A stretch of 56,435 nucleotides of DNA from NCBI GenBank assembly GCA_035544835.1, contig DASZZV010000299.1, forward strand, positions 1 through 56,435. Direction: 5' to 3'. Position 1 is the stretch's first letter; the number at the start of each line of letters is the position of its first letter. Below the pieces are notes generated by a model. That model had not been told where the DNA came from, did no database searches, and was given only the letters and a program-made list of their open reading frames with translations. The DNA is from Thermoanaerobaculia bacterium (GTDB taxonomy: Bacteria > Acidobacteriota > Thermoanaerobaculia > Gp7-AA8). Made by a program: the position numbers and the translations under genes. This document shows positions 50,858 through 56,435 of the stretch, one piece after another.

Positions 50858-50923
50858 GAATTGTGAATTTTGAATTGTGAATTATGAATTGTGACTAAAT
50901 TCAACATTCAACATTCACAATTC
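50858..50923. repeat. heptamer-built (GAATTNT) hairpin, probable terminator
   Basis: gaattgt gaatttt gaattgt gaattat gaattgt ga - ctaaat - tcaacattcaacattcacaattc. It lies 75 nt after the stop of the 48593..50782 gene. Confidence 0.8.
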
Positions 50924-50980
50924 GTCTCTCGCTCCCGGCATGATTGAACAATCCCGACCCCGCTCCTACAATGGCGGCGG

Positions 50981-51223
50981 ATGGCGACAACGTATCTGTT
51001 CATTTTCTACTGCTTTGAGGCAGGTATCTTTTTCATCGTCATCCCCTGGTCGCGGTTCTGGGCCCTCAATCCGCTCCTGCACTACTCACCTTCGATCGTC
51101 GCACTGACAGATAACAACTACATTCGTGGGCTCATCTCAGGCTTCGGTTTGGTGCACATCATGGTCGGTCTGGTCGACCTGAGCGCGATTGTGGGAAAGC
51201 GCCGGGCGCGAGAAAGAAAATGA
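50981..51223 (+). CDS. small two-TM membrane protein, unknown function
   Basis: 80 aa with two hydrophobic helices and a basic tail KRRARERK. Its stop overlaps the start of the next gene (ATGA). Confidence 0.5.
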   Translation: MATTYLFIFYCFEAGIFFIVIPWSRFWALNPLLHYSPSIVALTDNNYIRGLISGFGLVHIMVGLVDLSAIVGKRRARERK

Positions 51224-51810
51224 AGAGCCACGTCGTGGCACAGTACGACGGTACCTCCTCCTCGGCATTCTTCGAACGGATACAGCGGCTGGCCGCCCTC
51301 CAGGTCGACTACATTCAGCTTCGCGCTCCCGCCCTCTTCGATCGTGCAGTCTATGAGGCAGGGATGCGCTGCAGGGGATTGATAGGGTCTCCTACCCGTT
51401 TTCTCATCAACCGGCGGTACGATATCGCTATGAGCTGCAGTGCGGACGGGGTACATCTGCCAGGTCCAGGCCTGCCTGCTTCGGCAATCCGGAGCGCGGC
51501 TAAGAAGATGTTGATCGGACGGTCGTGCCATTCGCTGAGCGATTGTCGGGCCGCAGTTGCCGAGGACCTCGACTATGTATTGCTGGGGCCTGTATTCGAT
51601 ACGCGTTCCAAGAAGGCTTCCGCCCGGGTATCAATCAGCGAGCTCGCCGAAGCGTCCGCTCTCGAAATCGAAGTGTTCGCCATCGGTGGCGTGTCACGAG
51701 ACAACCTGCAGGCCCTCAAGGAAACGGGCATCGCGGGAGTGGCGGCCATCACGATGTTCATGCATGACGAGCCACTGGAACAGATCGTGGAGGAAGTACG
51801 AACACTCTGA
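51220..51810 (+). CDS. ThiE/TenI-family protein (second copy in the window)
   Basis: NRRYDIA...ADGVHLPG, GRSCHS, DYVLLGPVFDTRSK, AIGGV and the TMP-TENI fold pattern. Confidence 0.7.
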   Translation: MKSHVVAQYDGTSSSAFFERIQRLAALQVDYIQLRAPALFDRAVYEAGMRCRGLIGSPTRFLINRRYDIAMSCSADGVHLPGPGLPASAIRSAAKKMLIGRSCHSLSDCRAAVAEDLDYVLLGPVFDTRSKKASARVSISELAEASALEIEVFAIGGVSRDNLQALKETGIAGVAAITMFMHDEPLEQIVEEVRTL

Positions 51811-51845
51811 AGCGAACCCGCTTTTATCTGCCGCTGCTACTGACG

Positions 51846-53204
51846 GTGATTCTGTTCTCTGCGTACATTTCGCTCCAGGACAGGTCCCTGGTCGTCTCCG
51901 GCTACGGAGACGTGCGCGACACAATCTTCGGGCGCGATCTGAGCTACCTGCTCTTCGCGGCGTATCTGTCGCTGATCGTGCTGCTGGTGCGTATCCTGGA
52001 CGCCGTCCTCTTCGACTTCATCTTCACGCGGCGTAGAAACATCGTTGCCCCTCTTCTACTCCGGGAGATTCTATCGATCGGCTTTTATCTCGCCGGCCTG
52101 GCCTGGGCGTTGTCCTCGGTTTTCAAGTATCACATCACCGCGCTCCTCACGACGACGACCGTCCTGGCTGCCGTGATTGGTCTTGCGCTCCAGGACACCC
52201 TGGGCAACCTCTTTTCGGGAATCTCGCTGCACATGGAGTCCACGTTCGAAGTCGGCGACGTGGTCAAGTCCGGGGAGATGATCGGGGTAGTGGAGAACGT
52301 CAACTGGCGGGCGACCAGGATGCGGAGTTTCGAGAACTACATCATCGTTCTTCCGAACGCCGTCATCGCTCGTGAGCGCCTCCTGGTCTTCCCCCGCGCC
52401 ACCCTCAACGCACGCACTTTGACGGTCGGTCTCAGCTACGACACGCCGCCAGCAGAAGCCATCTCCGTACTCGAAAAGGCCGTCACCAACGTCAGCGGCC
52501 TTTCACGGGAGAAACCGATCGTGGTACGAATCGGCTCCTTTCAGGATTCAGCCGTCCATTACGAGATCAAGTACTGGACTCGAGACTACGCCAGGCACGA
52601 CGACATCGATGCGGCCGTGCTGCGCGCGGTCTGGTATGCCTTGAAGCGGAGCGATATAAGCATTGCCTATCCAATTCGATCGATACACCGTTTGCGGCCC
52701 ATCGAGCATCCGAAGGCTCTTTCCCGTGACGACATCCTCAGCCGCCTTCAGGCTGTGGATATTCTGCTTCCTCTCTCGAACGAGGAGCACGAGACCATTG
52801 CCGCAGGGACCGATGTCCATGTTTATTCACAGGGTGAAACGATCATCCGCATGGGTGATCGCGGCCACTCCATGTTCATCGTTCATGAAGGTCTGGTCTC
52901 AATACGAATCGGCGACGGCTCCAAAGAACTGGCGCAGCTGGGAGGCGGTAGCGTCTTTGGTGAGATGGCTTTTCTGACTGGCGAGTCGAGATCGGCCGAC
53001 GTCGTGGCTTTGTCGGATGCAACGGTTCTCGAAATCGACAAATCCGCGCTGCAGCCTGTGCTGAAAAACAATCCAGATCTCGTGAACGGCATTACCGAGA
53101 AAGTCATCGCGCGGCGGGATCACCTCGCGACCTCGCTGGCGGAGTCGGATGCGGAAGAAAAGAAAAGCGTTCTTGGGAAAATCCGAGCGTACTTCGCTCT
53201 CTGA
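51846..53204 (+). CDS. MscS-family mechanosensitive channel fused to a C-terminal cyclic-nucleotide-binding domain
   Basis: MscS pore/beta-domain region LQDTLGNLFSGISLHME..F.VGD.V......G.V..V.WR.T. The C-terminal cNMP-binding motif is FGEMAFLTGESRSADVVA. The GTG start is uncertain. Confidence 0.85.
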   Translation: MILFSAYISLQDRSLVVSGYGDVRDTIFGRDLSYLLFAAYLSLIVLLVRILDAVLFDFIFTRRRNIVAPLLLREILSIGFYLAGLAWALSSVFKYHITALLTTTTVLAAVIGLALQDTLGNLFSGISLHMESTFEVGDVVKSGEMIGVVENVNWRATRMRSFENYIIVLPNAVIARERLLVFPRATLNARTLTVGLSYDTPPAEAISVLEKAVTNVSGLSREKPIVVRIGSFQDSAVHYEIKYWTRDYARHDDIDAAVLRAVWYALKRSDISIAYPIRSIHRLRPIEHPKALSRDDILSRLQAVDILLPLSNEEHETIAAGTDVHVYSQGETIIRMGDRGHSMFIVHEGLVSIRIGDGSKELAQLGGGSVFGEMAFLTGESRSADVVALSDATVLEIDKSALQPVLKNNPDLVNGITEKVIARRDHLATSLAESDAEEKKSVLGKIRAYFAL

Positions 53205-53209
53205 TCGCT

Positions 53210-54598
53210 ATGGAACGCCTTCTGCTCGTCGAAGACAAACCCTCCCTCGGCAAAATGCTGAAAGAGGCGCTGGAGGCAGAAAAGCTCGACGTGGAATGGG
53301 CGACGACTGGTTCCGAAGCTCTGCGTCGCCTGGCCGAGAAACGTTACGCGCTGGTGCTGACTGACCTGAAGCTGCCCGGTGCTGACGGAATCGAAGTGCT
53401 GCGCGCCGTAAAGGAAGCCGACGCCGATACCGCGGTGATCGTGATGACGGCTTTTGGGACCATCGAGAACGCCGTCGAAGCGATGAAGCTCGGGGCATAC
53501 GAATTCATCCAGAAACCCCTCGACCTCGACTATCTGCAGATTCTCATCCGGCGTTGCCTGGATCTCCGGGCGCTCCGGTACGAGAACCTCCTCCTCAAGG
53601 AAGAGTTTCAGAAAAAGAGCCGGCTCCCGCCGATCATCGGTGACTCGCCGCCCATCGTCGCCGTCTCACGCCAGATTCAGAAGGTCGCACCGACGGAATC
53701 GACTGTCCTTCTTCAGGGCGAGTCGGGAACTGGAAAGGAACTGTTTGCCCGTGCTGTACACAAGCTATCGGGCCGGAAGGACAAGCCTTTCGTGGCAATC
53801 AACTGCGCCGCCATCCCGGACTCTCTCATCGAGAACGAGCTTTTCGGGCATGAGAAGGGTTCGTATACCGGCGCTGCGTCGAGGCAGCTCGGCAAATTCG
53901 AATTGGCCAGTTCGGGGACGATTTTCCTCGATGAGATTGGAGAGCTTGGCATCGCCGTCCAATCGAAGATTCTCCGGGTGCTGCAGGAGCGCAAGATCGA
54001 GAGGATCGGTGGTCTTTCAACCGTTGATGTCGACATCCGGATCATCTGCGCGACCAACCGCGACCTCGCTGAAGAGGTGAAGAACGGACGTTTTCGCGAG
54101 GATCTGTTTTTCCGGGTGAACGTCTTCCCGATCACCGTTCCGCCTCTTCGAATGCGCCGGGGCGACATCGACAAGCTCGCCGACCACTTTCTCGAAAAGT
54201 TCTCGCGAGAAATGGGAAAACGGCTGATGAAGATCAGTGACGCCGCTCGTGGAAGACTTCGCTCGTACGATTGGCCGGGCAATATTCGCGAGCTCGAGAA
54301 CTGCCTGGAGCGGGCTGTCATTCTGGCCGAGCGCAACGAAATCGGCCCCGATGACCTCAACCTCGGTGACAGAAGCAATGCCAATGAGCTGGCTCTTCGA
54401 GGCGCCATCGATCTTACCGGCTCGCTGGAGGACGTCAGCAGACGGGCCGTGGAGGCAGTCGAGAGACTGAAGATTCAGGAGACGATCGATACCTCCACCT
54501 CCCGCGCCGAGGCCGCCGAGCGCCTCGGCATCAGCTACAGAACCCTCCTCAACAAACTCCGGGATTACGGAATCGATGGCGCAGGAGATCAGTCATGA
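53210..54598 (+). CDS. sigma-54-dependent response regulator (NtrC family: REC, AAA+, Fis-type HTH)
   Basis: REC (LLVEDK, LVLTDLKLPG, KP), AAA+ (GESGTGKE, ESELFGHEKGSYTGA-type loop, FLDEIGEL, FREDLFFR) and a C-terminal HTH (AAERLGISYRTLLNKL). Confidence 0.9.
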   Translation: MERLLLVEDKPSLGKMLKEALEAEKLDVEWATTGSEALRRLAEKRYALVLTDLKLPGADGIEVLRAVKEADADTAVIVMTAFGTIENAVEAMKLGAYEFIQKPLDLDYLQILIRRCLDLRALRYENLLLKEEFQKKSRLPPIIGDSPPIVAVSRQIQKVAPTESTVLLQGESGTGKELFARAVHKLSGRKDKPFVAINCAAIPDSLIENELFGHEKGSYTGAASRQLGKFELASSGTIFLDEIGELGIAVQSKILRVLQERKIERIGGLSTVDVDIRIICATNRDLAEEVKNGRFREDLFFRVNVFPITVPPLRMRRGDIDKLADHFLEKFSREMGKRLMKISDAARGRLRSYDWPGNIRELENCLERAVILAERNEIGPDDLNLGDRSNANELALRGAIDLTGSLEDVSRRAVEAVERLKIQETIDTSTSRAEAAERLGISYRTLLNKLRDYGIDGAGDQS

Positions 54599-54834
54599 GC
54601 GAAATCCCGACCTCCAGCGACGTCGTGCGCCATCTGAACCTCCGATTCGCCGAGCGGCATCTCCCGTATCGGATCGAGCACCTCGCCGTGCTTCCTTACG
54701 TGAATCCGATGTGGATGGCTAACTGGGACCTGCCGCAACTTGCCGGGGTCACCGGAAGTGATCGCGATGCGATCGACGAGGAACTGCGTGAGGCACGCTG
54801 GCTTTTTCCGCAGGTGCTCGAAGACTTCGAGTGA
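54595..54834 (+). CDS. small hypothetical protein translationally coupled to the NtrC-type gene
   Basis: 79 aa. The ATG overlaps the upstream stop (ATGA). I do not recognise a family. Confidence 0.45.
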   Translation: MSEIPTSSDVVRHLNLRFAERHLPYRIEHLAVLPYVNPMWMANWDLPQLAGVTGSDRDAIDEELREARWLFPQVLEDFE

Positions 54835-54915
54835 GGGGCCTCTTGACGCGGGTCTGCTGTTGCTGTCATCCCGAGCAAGGGTGGGTGTGCGGGAGGGGCG
54901 AGGGACGGTGTGAAC

Positions 54916-54958
54916 CGGGCGCATAGGTAACACCATAAACCGGGCGGATGGGTTACAC
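54916..54958. repeat. IS left terminal inverted repeat
   Basis: cgggcgcataggtaacaccataaaccgggcggatgggttacac. It contains two copies of an at(a/g)ggt(a/t)acac sub-motif. Confidence 0.8.
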
Positions 54959-54985
54959 GCTCCTTTGGCAGAACCTAGCCGAAGG

Positions 54986-56167
54986 ATGCGAATGGCCTGG
55001 AAGGAAACCGAACCGGTGAGAGAACGAAAAGAATTCGTCCGAATGTATCTAACGCGTCGGTATGACATGACGACGCTGTGCACACTTTTTCAGATCAGCC
55101 GAAAGACCGGTTACAAAACGATTGCAAGATTTGAAGAGGGCGGAGGGGAAGCACTGAACAATGGATCCAGGGCCGCGCATTCACACCCGAATGCTACGCC
55201 TAGCGCGATCACTGCGCTGATCATCGAGGCGAAACACACACATCCGTCATGGGGTCCCGAGAAGCTGCTGGACTGGCTCACGCGAAGAGACCCTGATCTG
55301 GATTTGCCAGCAGTGAGTACGGCAGGTGAGATCCTCAAACGCGAAGGATTGGTGAAACCAAGACAGAAGCGACGAGCGATTGCACATCCAGGCAAAGCGA
55401 AGATCGCACCGATCACCCGTCCAAACCAGTTGCAGAACATCGACTACAAAGGCGAGTTTCGAACCGGTGATGGTCGGTGGTGCTATCCGTTGACGCTGAC
55501 CGACACGTTCAGCCGGAAGTTGCTCATCTGTCGCGCCTTTCATGCGATCAACTTCGACAACACCCGCGGCGAGCTCGAAGCGTACTTCCGCGAGCACGGA
55601 ATTCCCGATGCGATTCGCATGGATAACGGAAACCCATTCGTCATCTCCCGGAGTCTGGCAGGGCTCTCGAGGCTTGGTGTATGGCTCATCAAGCTGGGAG
55701 TTGAGAGGATCCGAACTCGGCCAGGGTCGCCGCAGGATAACGGTCTCCACGAGCGAATGCATCGCACTCTGAAAGAGGAAACCGCTCTGCCGCCGGCAGC
55801 CAATCTTGGCGCGCAACAGGATCGGTTCGATCATTTCATGGCCGAATACAACGACGATCGCCCTCATGCATCCTTGGGAGGAGACAGCCCTTCGGACCAT
55901 TTCGTTCCATCGAATCGCACGTATCCAGAGCGCTTGCAGGGAGTCGAATATCCAGGCCACTTCGAGACGCGCGCGATTCGAAAGGACGGCTCGTTCCGAT
56001 GGCATCAGAAGCTGGTGTTCGTGAGTGAATCACTCCGCAACGAACGCATTGGGCTCGAGGAGACGGAATACGGGATCTGGTCGGTCTACTTTGGTCGAAC
56101 CCTTCTTGGCATATTCGACGAAGCAGCAGGCAAAGTGTACGGCGATCGTCGCCGCACCAACCACTAA
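54986..56167 (+). CDS. DDE transposase/integrase (rve core domain) with N-terminal HTH
   Basis: N-terminal HTH-like region (LCTLFQISRKTGYK). Catalytic-core motifs NIDYKGEF, IRMDNGNPF, RPGSPQDNGLHERMHRTLKEE, YNDDRPHASLG. The start is at ATG 54986 or 54992. Confidence 0.85.
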   Translation: MRMAWKETEPVRERKEFVRMYLTRRYDMTTLCTLFQISRKTGYKTIARFEEGGGEALNNGSRAAHSHPNATPSAITALIIEAKHTHPSWGPEKLLDWLTRRDPDLDLPAVSTAGEILKREGLVKPRQKRRAIAHPGKAKIAPITRPNQLQNIDYKGEFRTGDGRWCYPLTLTDTFSRKLLICRAFHAINFDNTRGELEAYFREHGIPDAIRMDNGNPFVISRSLAGLSRLGVWLIKLGVERIRTRPGSPQDNGLHERMHRTLKEETALPPAANLGAQQDRFDHFMAEYNDDRPHASLGGDSPSDHFVPSNRTYPERLQGVEYPGHFETRAIRKDGSFRWHQKLVFVSESLRNERIGLEETEYGIWSVYFGRTLLGIFDEAAGKVYGDRRRTNH

Positions 56168-56383
56168 AGCGTCGTCTCTGTGGAAAAGGTCGCGGAAAAC
56201 CGAGATTTCCACAAAGAAAGAAAAAGTGGACAAAAAGAAAGAAAGGAGAACCGCCCTGATGGAAAAGTGGAAAACGCAAAAGGCCGCGTTTCCAACTTTC
56301 CCACAGGGCCCGCTACCAGACCGAAAATCGAAGAAAAGCAACGAGGACGGATGCGGTTTTCGACCGCATCTCTAGACAAACCT
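56168..56383 (+). other. purine-rich, hairpin-containing non-coding region inside the IS, downstream of the transposase
   Basis: Three local hairpins: tgtggaaa...tttccaca, ggaaaacgc...gcgtttcc, gatgcggt-tttcg-accgcatc. They are separated by A/G-rich tracts (aaagaaagaaaaagtggacaaaaagaaagaaaggagaa). gtgga(a/c)aa occurs four times. Confidence 0.5.
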
Positions 56384-56426
56384 GTGTAACCTATCCGCCC
56401 GGTTTGTTGTGTTACCTATGCGCCCG
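56384..56426. repeat. IS right terminal inverted repeat
   Basis: gtgtaacctatccgcccggtttgttgtgttacctatgcgcccg, the reverse complement of the left IR with 3 mismatches. Confidence 0.8.
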
Positions 56427-56435
56427 GCACTACCG

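Larger units (their letters stand above)
54906..56435 (+). mobile_element. insertion sequence with rve/DDE transposase (IS481-like); the right end coincides with the window edge
   Basis: Terminal inverted repeats 54916..54958 and 56384..56426 have 3 mismatches in 43 nt, and the similarity continues outward to 54906 and 56435. It carries a single transposase ORF and 216 nt of non-coding 3' sequence. Confidence 0.8.

Noticed and set aside
50783-51219. TPP riboswitch upstream of the ThiE-family genes (also immediately upstream of 46509).
   Set aside because: thiE at 46509 starts 1 nt after accC, which leaves no leader. The spacer before 50981 contains only the heptamer hairpin, with no CUGAGA / ACCUGAUCUGGAUAAUGCCAGCG-like elements.
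1-56435. tRNA, rRNA, tmRNA or other classical RNA genes; sigma-54 promoters (TGGCAC-N5-TTGC); ku next to ligD; exbB/exbD next to the TonB_C protein.
   Set aside because: I scanned intergenic regions by eye. There is no T-loop GGTTCGAATCC-type sequence and no rRNA-like stretch. All TGGCAC occurrences lack a correctly spaced TTGC and lie inside coding sequence. No ORF shows Ku or ExbB/ExbD features. Absence is by eye only.

Overview
GC-rich bacterial chromosomal segment. The gene content (carboxypeptidase-regulatory-domain TonB-dependent receptor, several Hanks-type Ser/Thr kinases, pilMNOPQ, FecR/W-rich proteins) suggests Acidobacteriota or a related phylum; this is inference only. About 47 protein genes are supportable. 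I found no rRNA, tRNA or CRISPR.

Content from left to right:
- two uncharacterised membrane proteins
- a NitT/TauT-type ABC importer whose binding protein is fused to an OmpA domain
- M20 peptidase
- a kinase-only Ser/Thr kinase directly upstream of a Lig-Pol LigD
- an acyl-lipid/CoA desaturase with a coiled-coil tail, a CheY-like regulator and a PilT-family ATPase
- HtrA, DusB, an unknown protein and RimO
- e(P4)-type acid phosphatase and a TonB-dependent receptor
- Rho with an Arg-rich N-terminus
- a 960-aa pseudo-receiver/kinase/TM/TonB_C fusion
- a BtuFCD-like importer, Rel/SpoT and L28
- pilMNOPQ followed by two lipoproteins, a TPR protein and a Roadblock/LC7 protein
- accBC-thiE-aroK-phosphoesterase
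- a FecR/W-rich/Arg-Ser-rich secreted protein, a second ThiE-family gene, an MscS-cNMP channel and an orphan NtrC-type regulator
- a DDE (rve) insertion sequence that runs to the right edge

Main candidates for novelty:
1. The pseudo-REC/Ser-Thr-kinase/TM/TonB_C protein, which may act as a kinase-type cell-surface-signalling transducer. It lies about 1.8 kb from a TonB-dependent receptor gene.
2. The lipoprotein/IPT-TIG and TPR/Roadblock genes appended to pilMNOPQ.
3. An unusually rich set of structured intergenic DNA. It includes hairpins whose stems are tandem heptamers, with a different heptamer at most loci. It also includes 'hairpin-of-hairpins' palindromes, a MITE-like 125-140 bp element present three times, and a 27-nt motif upstream of three unrelated genes.

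All functional calls come from motif recognition by eye. No database search was run.
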